This document shows positions 48,267 to 58,869 of a stretch of 64,000 nt of DNA, piece by piece. The first letter of the stretch is position 1. Each line of letters starts with the position of its first letter. Under the pieces are notes generated by a model. That model saw only the letters and a list, made by a program, of their open reading frames with translations, had not been told where the DNA came from and made no database searches. The DNA lies in NCBI GenBank assembly GCA_963709405.1, contig CAVPXM010000055.1, positions 288,001 to 352,000 of the forward strand, read 5' to 3'. Origin of the DNA: an uncultured Nitrososphaerales archaeon. Its GTDB lineage: Archaea > Thermoproteota > Nitrososphaeria > Nitrososphaerales > Nitrososphaeraceae. The translations under genes were made by a program, and so were the position numbers.

Positions 48267-48758
48267 ATGATCTTATTATTATCATATAATATTTTCCTAA
48301 TACTAAATTTTTTCTTGTATTTTAGAGCGAGTATGCATAGCGCACGATATTCTTTATTATTATAGGTAAATAAAAACATGTTCCAGAGTTTTCAATCACA
48401 TCATGCTTACTATCCTTACGATCCTTACTTATAGATAGATGTTAATTCGTGATAAAATATCCGGTGAGTTTGATATTTAGTAATGATGGTAAGGGTGATA
48501 AGCATCATATAGTGCAAAGTTTCTGGATTCATTAGGTAATTATCCGTTATCATGATAATTCGTCATATTAAAGAGTAAAATGATACTGTAATTCCTTTAT
48601 TTACTACCGCTGTCTATTTCATTTTATTATCAGTACAGGAGATGTAGCATAGTGATTACTGTGGAAGCAACTTGCTTTTTTGACCGTTCCTTAGTAGGAA
48701 ATACAATTAGATGGTTAAAACAGGTGTGCCTTGCAGTTTTTCAAATAGCTATTTTGTT

Positions 48759-48935
48759 GTTATTTTGTCTGCAACGATAGAACAAATCAACAAAATTACA
48801 ATGTAATGAATTGTACCCTTTGTAAATAAATAGCAGAGTTGACCCGTGTTTAAAAATGGATCAAATTAATTCTGGAGAAAGGGTGAGAGGGAAATGACGA
48901 GTACCAGCAAGAAACAGAATGGGACAATTACAGGA
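48759..48935 (+). repeat. Dispersed promoter/leader repeat, copy 1
   Basis: Core 48789-48896 differs from copy 2 at 2 positions and from copy 3 at 6; similarity to copy 3 spans 48759-48935. Confidence 0.95.
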
Positions 48936-49076
48936 GAGACGACGGGCCAGTCATCAATGGAGTCGCTTGGCGGAGCCAAGAAACTTGACAAAAACGACCC
49001 CAAATTTCAAGTTGGTATGCTAGCAATGAAAACCGAAGCAGGCAGGACAACAAATCACGCCGCTTCATCAACGTAG
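48894..49076 (+). pseudogene. 60-aa leader ORF, probably an internally deleted homologue of the 53607 gene
   Basis: Same MTS start context as 53607; shares AGTCGCTT and CTTGACAAAAACGACCCC (SL..LDKNDP) with 53962-53990. Confidence 0.65.
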
Positions 49077-49090
49077 AAAGAGAAGACAGT

Positions 49091-50919
49091 ATGTTCTACA
49101 GTAACGGTAACTACGAAGCATTCATTCGTCCCCGCAAGCCGCAGGGCGTGGACGAGAAGTCTGCCTATCTCATCGGCGGTGGCATCGCCTCGCTCGCGGC
49201 GGCGGGCTTTTTGATCCGCGACGGGCAGATGGATGGCAAACGCATCACCATCTACGAGGCGAGCAATATCGCCGGCGGCTGCCTGGACGGCATCAAGGAC
49301 CCAAAGGAGGGCTACCTCTTCCGCGGCGAGCGCGAGATGGAGGACCACTACGAGTGCCTGTGGGATCTGATGCGCTCGATCCCGTCGCTCGATGTCGAGG
49401 ACGCCTCGGTCCTTGAAGACTTTTACCAGGTCAACAAGGACCACCCCAACTACTCCCTGTGCCGGACCACTCACAAGCGCGGGCAGCCCTTCCCGACCGA
49501 CGGCAAGATGCTCCTGACCCCCAAGGCGCAGGGCGAGCTGATGAAGCTCTTCTACACCCGCAGAAGAGAGCTATTCGACAGGCGGTTCGAGGAATTCGTG
49601 AGCGAGGAGTTCTTCACCAGCAACTTCTGGGTGTATTGGCTGTCGATGTTCGCTATCGGGCCCTGGCACGGCGCCCTGGAGATGAAGCTCTACATGAACC
49701 GCTTCGTCCAGCACTTCGGTGGGATGACGGATCTCAGCACTATCAAGTTCACTCGCCTCAACCAGTTCGACTCGCTGGTCCTCCCGCTAGTCAAGTGGCT
49801 CGAGCAGCAAGGCGTCACGATTGTGTACGACACGAAGGTCACCAACGTCGTGTTCGACATCACCCCGGAACGCAAGGTCGCTCGCCGGATCGAGTGGATT
49901 CAAGGCGGAAAGCGCGGAGGACGCGACGTCACTAAGAACGACCTCGTCCTCATTACCAACGGCTCTGCGGTCGAAAACACCTCGTGGGGGGACCACCACA
50001 CCCCGGCCAAGTGGATCAGGGACATCCAGGAGGGCAGCATCTGGGCGATGTGGCGCAACATCGCCGCCCAGGACGCCGCCTTCGGTCAGCCCGACAAGTT
50101 CTGTACCCACACCGACAAGAGCAGCTATGAGTCGGCATGCATCATCACCCTCGACGACAAGATTCCGCCCTACATCGAGCGGATCTGCCAGCGCGACCCG
50201 TACAGTTTCGACTCGAGCCCCATCACCGGTGGCTTGGTGACCGTGCGCGATTCCAATTGGATCCTGTCGTGGAACGTCGAGCGCAACCCGCACTTCAGGA
50301 ACGCGCCGAAGGACCAGCTGATGATCCACGCCTACGGCACGTACAGCCTCGACCGGCCCGGCAACTACGTCACGAAGGCGATGCGTGAGTGCACCGGCGA
50401 GGAGATCGCCCGGGAATGGCTCTACCACCTGGGGGTGCCGGACGATCAGATCAACCAGCTGGCGGCCAAGTCGGTGAACGTGCATCCGTGCATGATGCCC
50501 TACATCACGGCCTTCTTCTTGCCCCGGCGTGACGGCGACCGTCCCAAGGTGGTGCCCGAGGGAGCGGTCAACTTCGGGTTCCTGGGGCAGCTCGCCGAGA
50601 GCCACCCGCGGGACGTCATCTTCACCGTCGAATACTCGGTGCGGACGGCGATGGAGGCGGTCTACACCCTGCTGGACATCGAGCGGGGCGTGCCGGAGCC
50701 GTGGGGCTCGCAGTACGACATTCGTGCGCTGCTCAACTCGGCGATCGTGCTGCGGGATGGCGAGAAGCTAAAGCTGCCCCCCATGCTCGAGGCTACGTGT
50801 TGAACACCGAAATCGGCGAGCTGTTGAGGGACTACGGGTTAATCGGCGAACTCGGCGACAACGAGCTCACGGTCGCGATACACAAGAACCCTCCGCGGGT
50901 GACTCGCACGGTCCTTTAG
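49091..50919 (+). CDS. ohyA: Oleate hydratase (MCRA family, FAD-dependent), bacterial GC-rich; frameshift ~50790
   Basis: MFYSNGNYEAF start, IGGGIAS, RGEREMEDHYECLWDL.RSIPS, MMPYIT and FTVEYSVRTAMEAVY motifs; tail TEIGELLRDYGLI in the next frame. Confidence 0.93.
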
Positions 50920-51144
50920 AGACTAGTGGAGAGACGGAATGGACAGGGAACTTCTATGTTTACAAGATCGGGCTGGTTCGGCTCTTAGCGGAGGACCGGG
51001 AGCGGGTTTACGCGCGTGCTCCAGTCCTCCTTTGCCTTCAGCGGACGGCGCACCTTGGAAAGAGTTCGAGTCCAATTGGTCGCCTCCCCAACGCCAAAGT
51101 TCCGTTTCTCTTCTGACGAAGTATCGCCCGCAATCGTTCGAGAC

Positions 51145-51280
51145 TAGCCCGGATCGATGGGATGTGAAAAGAGCGGATATCGGAACGCTGGGCTATAGCG
51201 TTTTCGAGCGAAGTGGGTACCCGGTTCCCGTGACGAGATAGAGAACGCGTCAAAGCAAATGCATAGAGCCTCGGCTCTAG
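51145..51280. repeat. Hyphomicrobiales (Bradyrhizobium-like) intergenic repeat element(s)
   Basis: AGCGTTTTCGAGCGAAGTGG..ACCCGGTTC.CGT..AACGCGTCAAA..TAGAGC matches, from memory, a common rhizobial intergenic repeat; preceded by TAGCCC..GGGCTA inverted ends. Confidence 0.6.
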
Positions 51281-51293
51281 GGAAAACGGAGGA

Positions 51294-51545
51294 ATGCGAT
51301 TGAACGAGAGGTTGACAAAGTGGGCGGCAGCCGCTGTGCTGTCGATTGTCGCCGCTGCGCCGGCGCTTGGCGGCTCCGTCACGCGTCAGGGTGACACAGC
51401 TGGCCTTGCGGTGGGAATGCCGCTCCCTCCAGGCTTCTATTTGCAGAATCAACTGACCGAGGATTACGTGGTCACAAGCCCGCATGACACGTCTGTCCTA
51501 GACGATGTCCCCGTCTTGGTTTGGTCGACCCCCTGGACGATTTAG
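51294..51545 (+). pseudogene. N-terminal fragment of a bacterial SphA/MetA-pathway-type outer-membrane transporter
   Basis: Bacterial SD GGAGG, signal peptide, G.PLPPGFY and VPVLVWSTPWTI motifs; stops where GC content falls. Confidence 0.6.
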
Positions 51546-51686
51546 CTGAGCGAGCGCGCTTTGCACTAGCAAAATATGCATTAGATACTAAGCCCTCTTT
51601 GTCTACCCAGTCTCCTACTACATAGAATTGTCTGTCCCCCCTGACCCCCCCCACAGGTTTTAATATTAAATATTTTCGTATATATT

Positions 51687-52628
51687 ATGAAAGCCGGAAT
51701 ATTCTTACCGCAATCTGGAGACTCTGCGACAAGAGATAACGTTCTCTATATTGCAAATGAGGCTGAAAGGGAAGGCTTTAAATCTGTTTGGGTAATGGAG
51801 CGACTTTTGTGGCCAATGAAGCCCCAGTCACCATATCCTGGAACACCTGATGGTTCTCTTCCGGTTGAATACCAAAATGTACTTGACCCACTGGAGACGC
51901 TTACCTACTTGGCAGGCAATACCAATCAAATTTCTTTAGGAACTTGTATAATTGATATGCTGTTTCATAATCCATTAGTATTAGCAAGGCGATTTGCAAC
52001 ACTCGACATCCTGTCGCAGGGAAGGGCTATTGCAGGTCTAGGAATCGGATGGTCAAAAGATGAGTATGAAGCTTCAGGTATACCTTACAAATACAGAGGA
52101 GAAAGGGCAAATGAATATTTGCAAGTGCTAAAACGAATTTGGACCGATGAGGTAGTCGAATTTAAAGGTCACTTCTACTCGATACCAGCTTCAAAAATTG
52201 GGCCTAAGCCTGTGCAGAAGCCTCATCCCCCAATACTGCTAGGTGGATTCAGTCCAAAGACATTCTTACGAATAGTAAACTATGCGGATGGTTGGATATC
52301 TGTTGCCGGATTTGGACCATTGAAACAGCTTGAACAGGCTATAAACGGCTTAAGAGAAGGCGCAAGAAAAGCCGACAAAGACCCTTCAAAGATTCGTGTA
52401 GTTATGTTGACGTATCCGAATGTGCTAGACTCCTCCTCCTCAAATTCCTCCTCAGAGCCACAGAGATTGCCCATGACTGGTACCATTGACCAAATTGGAA
52501 CTGACATTGATCAAATCAAAGCGATGGGCGTAGAGCATATAATATTCGGCCATTTCTTATCTCCAACAGGCAAGGATATGAAGAAGATGATCGAGATAAC
52601 GAAACAGCTTGCTAAATTTGCTAAATAA
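51687..52628 (+). CDS. LLM-class (probably F420-dependent) oxidoreductase
   Basis: SVWVMERL, LDPLETL, ATLDILSQGR..GLGIGW and PKPVQKPHPPI motifs; host-like codon usage. Confidence 0.9.
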   Translation: MKAGIFLPQSGDSATRDNVLYIANEAEREGFKSVWVMERLLWPMKPQSPYPGTPDGSLPVEYQNVLDPLETLTYLAGNTNQISLGTCIIDMLFHNPLVLARRFATLDILSQGRAIAGLGIGWSKDEYEASGIPYKYRGERANEYLQVLKRIWTDEVVEFKGHFYSIPASKIGPKPVQKPHPPILLGGFSPKTFLRIVNYADGWISVAGFGPLKQLEQAINGLREGARKADKDPSKIRVVMLTYPNVLDSSSSNSSSEPQRLPMTGTIDQIGTDIDQIKAMGVEHIIFGHFLSPTGKDMKKMIEITKQLAKFAK

Positions 52629-52843
52629 AAATGGAGGCTACTATAGTAAATTTATGAGAGGCTCTCGTGATTGCTACGTCATCGGTTTTTGTGAAACTAT
52701 ATCTGTTTTTTGAGATCTCCATTTTCCAATGTTATCGTATTTATCGTATTGCATTTCTCACACTTGGCACAAGAGTCAGTTATATTCCAAAAAGCGTAGG
52801 GAGTAAGAGAATTTAATTCACCGTATTTCTTACACGAATTATA

Positions 52844-53074
52844 CTACTTCCAATGCAATTCTCTGAGTACAAAATTTCCACTCTCTTCTTTCTCACCCTT
52901 ATATATACCCAGCATATTATTCAAAAAAGATAGTTTCCCAGTAGAATTTATGCTATATGCTGATGCCCCTTGATAGTCTGTAAAATTTCTTACATCTATG
53001 GAACTATAGTTTGCCGTCTCACTCCCATCCTTGGTCGTTATTACTCCATCCTTGGTCGTGCTTAGATGGAGCAT
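52844..53074 (-). pseudogene. Fragment of a thaumarchaeal hypothetical protein
   Basis: ITTKDGSETANY..STGKLSFLNNMLGIYK..LHWK with a local TTKDG duplication; broken 5' end. Confidence 0.45.
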
Positions 53075-53310
53075 GCCATTTGGTTTTGTTATCTACCTGT
53101 CTCCAGTATTCAAGTATTCTGTGATCCATATTGTAGTAATAGTTGGTAGCTGCCGATAGGTCCTCGTGTGAATCTGAAACTATTCTTGTTTTTTAAGTTC
53201 TCCGTTCTTGAGGGCTATCGTAGTTGTCCGGTCTTATAGCATGTAGTTATTTCTAATATATGAGTGCTTAAGAATATTCGACCACATTATATAGATATGA
53301 AAACAATCGC

Positions 53311-53501
53311 ATGGGCACGATTCTGTATATCTATACAGATTCAAAACATAACAATCCTCTCTGTAGGGTGACACCTATAGAGAACCTAGAATCTCTTCCC
53401 CAATACGATAAGGGAAAATATAAAGAAATGATACTTGATGCTACTACAACAGTTTACAATTTTTTTGGCTTTGATAGGACCATTTATAGCAATTTCAAGA
53501 G
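53311..53501 (+). pseudogene. C-terminal remnant of a family-B DNA polymerase-like gene
   Basis: ILYIYTDS.H.NPLCRV..YDK.KYKEMILDA...FFGFDR resembles the end of thaumarchaeal PolB paralogues; runs directly into repeat copy 2. Confidence 0.55.
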
Positions 53502-53620
53502 AACAAAATTACAATGTAATGAATTGTACCCTTTGTAAATAAATAGCAGAGTTGACCCGTGTTCAAAAATGAATCAAATTAATTCTGGAGAAAGGGTGAG
53601 AGGGAAATGACGAGTTCCAG
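53502..53620 (+). repeat. Dispersed promoter/leader repeat, copy 2
   Basis: AACAAAATTACAATGTAATGAATTGTACC...GAGAGGGAAATGACGAGT, near-identical to 48789 and 63188. Confidence 0.95.
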
Positions 53621-54221
53621 TAACGTTACCAAAAAGTCAGGTAAGGGCAACAACCACGGCTTTGTCTCGGAGGTGAGCGCATACATGACCGTCAAGCCGG
53701 GTCACGAGGAGGAGGCGCGAGCGGCTTGTCGCCGCTTCGGCGACATGCTGCGTAACTCCGACCCGAAGGCTGTACAGAAGACTGGTCTGCGCGACGCGCG
53801 GTTGGTGGTCTTCGATGACGGTCGACGACTTATGTTCGCCTCTGGCTTCGAGACCGAATGGGACCCATACGTCGACGATGCCATTCTGATCGTTGGCATC
53901 GAACACTTTCTGGACTGGATGCAGCATACCGTAGAGGCAGAAGAACTTGTGGCATCGGTGAAGTCGCTTAACCTTGACAAAAACGACCCCGATTTGGATG
54001 AGAAAGTGAAGCCGGCCGGCGCCAAACTCAAGGCGGTCATCCAGTCGATTCAGACCCCAGCGACCGCCTACTTCAATGCACTGAGCGATCTTACGGTGCC
54101 ACAGATAAAGAAGGCCCAGCGCCTCCAACAGGCCTTCCAGCAGGTGCTCGACGACCCAGCCGCCCAGGATGCACTCAAACACCCGGCCCTGAAGCCGCTG
54201 CTAGAGCAGGCGGCCGACTGA
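53607..54221 (+). CDS. Bacterial-type DyP-associated hypothetical protein
   Basis: DARLVVFDDGRRLMFASGFETEWDPYVDD motif; GC-rich body with an AT-richer first ~10 codons. Confidence 0.75.
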   Translation: MTSSSNVTKKSGKGNNHGFVSEVSAYMTVKPGHEEEARAACRRFGDMLRNSDPKAVQKTGLRDARLVVFDDGRRLMFASGFETEWDPYVDDAILIVGIEHFLDWMQHTVEAEELVASVKSLNLDKNDPDLDEKVKPAGAKLKAVIQSIQTPATAYFNALSDLTVPQIKKAQRLQQAFQQVLDDPAAQDALKHPALKPLLEQAAD

Positions 54222-54252
54222 CCTGGGTACCCGTAGGTAGTAAGATAGAACC

Positions 54253-55433
54253 ATGTCAGACCATTTCTCTGGACCCCGGGCGATAGCGGGTCCGGCCGGC
54301 GACATCACTGATCTCTATGTGTTCCCCAGCCCTGAGCGCCCGGGCCATCTTGTGCTCGTGCTGGACGTGCAGCCAGACGCCCCCCATGACTCGTACTTTT
54401 CAGATGCGATCGTCTATCGCTTCCGGCTGCGGCCACTCACCATTTCGGGCGTAGGGGCAGCCGCAGCCTTTCCCTTCGCCGGCGAGGACAAAGAGATAGT
54501 CTTCAGCTGCCACTTCGAGGCTCCGCGGCAAGGCGGAGCTGGAGTGGCGCCTGTGCAGGAAGGTTGGTGTGAGACGCCGTCGGGTGAGACGACACGCTTC
54601 CGCGTTCACGAGGAGAGGGGCGCGAGCAGCGATGGCCTGCGCGTCTTTGCCGGCCTCAGAGCGGAACCATTCTTCTTCGATGTGCAGGCCCTCATAGAGT
54701 CGCAAAAGACTGGGCGGCTTGCCTTCAAGGAGGTCGGGACCAATGCCGCGATCGGCTTCAACGTTCTGAGCATCGTCGTCGAGGCTGACTGTCGGCCGTG
54801 GCTGCGCAGCGGCAGCGGGCCACTGCTAGCGGTGGTCGGCGAGACGGTGGTCGCCGGCAAGCTCCCGATCCGGATCGAGCGAATAGGCCGCCCAGAGATC
54901 AAGAACGTGATCTTGCAGTTGAAGCAGTTTGACCAGGTCAATCGCGACATGGAGCTGCGCGATCTCTACAACCTCGAAGACGCCTTCCACATGAGCAAGG
55001 ACTATGGTGGCGCCTACCGTGCCGGTTGAACGCCAACCTGGCCTTCAACGATCGCCTTGACGGTAAGACGGACTGGCAGCTCGGCCCGGATGGCGCCCAC
55101 CCCCTGACCGAGCTGCTACTCGCCGACTATCTAGTCGTCGACGTCTCACGGCCGTACGCCGCCGACAGCTTCTTTGAGATCGAGCAGGCGACTCTCGATG
55201 GGCACGCCCACCAAACGTGTGGTGGCCGGTCGCTGAACGACGACGTGATGGACAAGCTGCTCACACTGCTCGTTAACGGCGGCAAAGGACCGCGCGTGAG
55301 TGACGGCGTGGACCGGCCGGCAACCCCGGTCTCGGACGTCTTCCCCTACCTAGGCGCCGCCAACTCATCAGCCGCGGGCCAAGCAAGGACTGGGCCTTGC
55401 AATCGGCCAAGCAAGCAAGTAAGGAGACTATGA
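54253..55433 (+). CDS. DUF4331-family protein (frameshift ~55025)
   Basis: MSDH..DITDLYVF, VFAGLR.EPFFFD, RIGRPEI and GGRSLNDDVMD..FPYLG motifs. Confidence 0.75.
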
Positions 55434-56759
55434 CCGCTAAGTCGACCGTCGCGCTGGAGCTTGACGACATCCAGGCCGGCGCCCTAGAGCCGCGGCCGGT
55501 TCCTTACGCGGGTATATACCAGATCCTGCGTCTTGACGACCGGCATGCAGGGCGTGAGCTGCTGCGGCGGCTAATCCCGTATCTCGACTCGGTTGCCTCC
55601 TTCGATCCCAAAACGCCGGTGTCGCTCGCCGTGGCACTCAGCTTCCAGGGTCTCAAAGCCCTCGGGGTACCGGAGGAGTCACTTGCCAGCTTCCCACCCG
55701 AGTTCCAGCAGGGAATGGCCGCACGAGCGGCCGAGCTTGGGGACGTGGGGGAGAACGCTCCCGAGCACTGGGAGAAACCGCTGGGTTCGCAGGACGGCCA
55801 TCTCGTGGTGGTCGGGCTCGCGCCCGACACTGCCCGCCTGGAGGCCGCTTTCCGCTACGCCCGCGACGCCCTACGCGATCTGTCCGGCGTCGTGCCCATC
55901 TGGCAACAGGACGTACACGCCGCGGCTGACCTGCGCAACATGTTCGGTTTCGCGGACGGCATCGCCCATCCGGCCGTCGAGGGTACTGGCATTCCCGGCA
56001 CCAATCCGTACGAAGTGCCGCTCAAGGCGGGCGAGTTCGTCCTGGGGTACGAGGATGAGACCCACAACCTCCCCCCCGTACCGCAGCCCGAGGTGCTGGG
56101 CCGCAACGGCACCTACGCGGTCTTCCGCAAGCTGCACACGCGCGTAGCCGCCTTCCGCCAGTACCTGCGCCAGCACGCCAAGGACCGCGCCGAGGAGGAG
56201 TGGCTGGCCGCCAAGATCGTCGGGCGCTGGCCGCAGCGGCGCGCCGCTGGCACTGACTCCGGACAAGGACGATCCCGAACTTGGGGCCGACCCGAAACGC
56301 AACAACGCCTTCATGTTCGGCGACGACCCGCATGGCCTCAAGTCCCCGATCGGCGCGCATGTCCGACGGATGAACCCCCGCGACTCGGTCGTCATTGGCG
56401 AAGTGCGCTTGCACCGCATGATCAGGCGCGGCACCAACTATGGCCCGCCGCTGCCCCCGGACGTCCTGGAGGACGACGGCGCCGACCGCGGCCTCATATT
56501 CGCCTTTGTCGGGGCGCACCTTGACCGGCAGTTCGAGTTCATCCAGAGGGAGTGGGTAAACGACGGCAAGTTCATCGGCGCACCGGCCGAAAAGGACCCG
56601 CTGGTGGGCAGTAACGATGGCCGTGAATTCACCATCCCGAAGCAGCCAATCCGCCGCCACCTCAAGGGACTGCCCGCTTTCGTCGTCAATCGCGGCGGCG
56701 AATACTGCTTCATGCCCGGCCTGCGGGCGCTGCGCTGGCTCGCCGATCTCGACACTTGA
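55430..56759 (+). CDS. Dye-decolorising (DyP-type) heme peroxidase (frameshift ~56235)
   Basis: FGFADGI (GxxDG), GEFVLGY, NGTY.VFRKL, AHVRRMNPR, HRMIRRG and QFEFIQ motifs; ATGA overlap with the DUF4331 gene. Confidence 0.92.
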
Positions 56760-57089
56760 GCCAGGGCGCAGGAGGAATGGCACCTGATATGACAGCCGAG
56801 CTATGCGTCTGGGAATCTTAATTTTAGGAATCTTAGAAATGTTGGGATAACAGTGTAGTTCTTTCTCACGAGCAATATAGCGGATCCCGCTTCGGCTTCG
56901 GTCGCCAAGAAGGGTAAAAGCGTTTCTAGTTTTATTTTTGTGGTTATTCCTGCAAGCCTTGCAACTTTATATTCTCACGAGAAGGTAAGAGGTAGGGATA
57001 CTAGGCGACTTGATAGAACCAGCAGAAGCCGAGGATGTCTTTGGAACCTTAAGCCAGTAAACCTGAAAATTCATAGCTCGATCTAGAGA

Positions 57090-57590
57090 TTATGAAATGT
57101 TTTTGATATCGAATCCCAGAATGCTAGTTGGGATACATTGCAAAAGAAACTTTACTATCCAAAAAACTGTGGCAAGACTAGAAAAGATGATGATAGAAAA
57201 CAATATTTTGCAATTTACTATTTTTACAGACCCATCTTCTACGAATTAACAGGGTTTATCAAATTCGGAGTGTATTAAGTTGATGCACTTTATCATCAAA
57301 ATATAGTTCAGAGAATATAGAATGAAATGCAAGAATATATACTGCATCCAGTTGATGATGTAGAATAATACCAAATCAACTGTTTAATTGTCTATCCAAA
57401 GGAACTTGTTATTGCATCTTTCTGTTGTGCAAACATATCTACAGTCAACTTAATATTGAGAAGACTAGAATCATATGAAGGGGTTAACAAAAGTCGAATC
57501 AATAACAGTAACTAGCGAAACCAGAATTTATCGGGACTGGTTAAGGAGTGATATTGACAGAAGGTTAACATCTAGTCAAAAGCATTTATG
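57090..57590 (+). pseudogene. Degraded AsnC/Lrp-type regulator, paralogue of 59330-60302
   Basis: Fragments KTVARLEKM, YHQNIVQRI, FCCANISTVNLILRRLESYEG and DWLRS.IDRRL, with stops and shifts. Confidence 0.7.
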
Positions 57591-57904
57591 ATCGTTAATA
57601 TCATTAATATCCTGAGCACCGCTGTCTTTTCGAAGAGTTAGTTTACTTGTTACCTGACTCAGTAGGCTGACTAGCCATGCGAAAAGCCATTATTGCCTAC
57701 ATTAGCAGGCAACATTAACAGGGTTTATCGAACTGACTGCAGAGCTCAAAACTACCACTTGGCTTAAGATATATACTATATTGTCTTTTTTGGACTACTG
57801 TTTTTTAACTCAACGCATTAAAAATCGGACAGATACTACAAAAAGTATACCAAAATTACTGGTTGACTTGCACCAAGCCTAAATCAATACTGGAGTATTG
57901 ATAT

Positions 57905-58174
57905 ATGGACTATTCGTATATGGCATTACTTAACCATAGCAGGTATTCACTACCAAAGTCACTCAATTGGCTGAGGGCAGTACAAATAGGCTTTGGAGCT
58001 TTAACTATTGTTACATCTATATTCGCTCTAGCGTTTCCAGGCTCCACCTACATTTCGGTAGTTTGGGTACTTGCTCTAGTACTGTTCTTCGTTGGAATAG
58101 AAGAAATCATCGTCGGAATTTTTTCACGTAGAGAGCCAGTCAGAGGAAGATATGCAGAAACTCCTGGCCTCTGA
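57905..58174 (+). pseudogene. Truncated DUF308/HdeD-like membrane protein
   Basis: WLRAVQIGFG..ALAFP..LFFVGIEEIIVGI followed by a premature end. Confidence 0.5.
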
Positions 58175-58338
58175 TCTTCAATATTCCGTAATTGGTGCAA
58201 TCTTTGCTAATGAATCACAAAGAAAATAAACATGAACCAAGCAAACAACCATCCGAGGATTATCATGCTGGAGACAATTGTCATTTACACAATGAGGTGA
58301 TATATTGCAAATAAAACCAGCACAAGGAGTGTGTAAAA

Positions 58339-58869
58339 GTGAAAGTGCTACTTTTAGATTTGACTTCTGAAACTATGAAAAGTTTACGACAGGAAGCCAA
58401 GCAAAAAGATATCAGCACTAATACCTTGTTAAACCAAATAGTAAAAGAACATTTAAGATGGCATGCTAACGCATCTAATGCCGGTTTTATCGCAGTCAAT
58501 AGACTCTTTATTACAAGCTTGATAAGTCATTTATCAGAGCAAGATATTATTTCTATAACAGAACATGTAGCCAAGAACACAACCAAAGACACAATATTGC
58601 TTTTAGAAAATGAATATACAATGAAATCAGCGCTAGACTTTATAGAAAACTGGATAAAAATATCTGGTTATAAATATAAACATCATGAAATTAATGATGG
58701 CCAAAATAGGCATATGTATGTAATACAACATGACATGGGAATTAAATGGTCTATTTATTTGGCTAATATATACCAATTCTTATTTGATGAGGTAAAGGAA
58801 GACAATAAAAGAAGAGCAAAATTTGAAAAAACCGAAAATACATTAGCATTTACAGTTGATGTCGACTAA
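58339..58869 (+). CDS. Ribbon-helix-helix-containing thaumarchaeal regulator-like protein
   Basis: LRQEAKQKDISTNTLLNQIVKEHL and IQHDMGIKWS motifs. Confidence 0.7.
   Translation: MKVLLLDLTSETMKSLRQEAKQKDISTNTLLNQIVKEHLRWHANASNAGFIAVNRLFITSLISHLSEQDIISITEHVAKNTTKDTILLLENEYTMKSALDFIENWIKISGYKYKHHEINDGQNRHMYVIQHDMGIKWSIYLANIYQFLFDEVKEDNKRRAKFEKTENTLAFTVDVD

Noticed and set aside
49055-56783. Numerous long alternative-frame and antisense ORFs in the GC-rich blocks
   Set aside because: Expected shadow ORFs from stop-codon scarcity in high-GC coding DNA; they overlap well-supported genes
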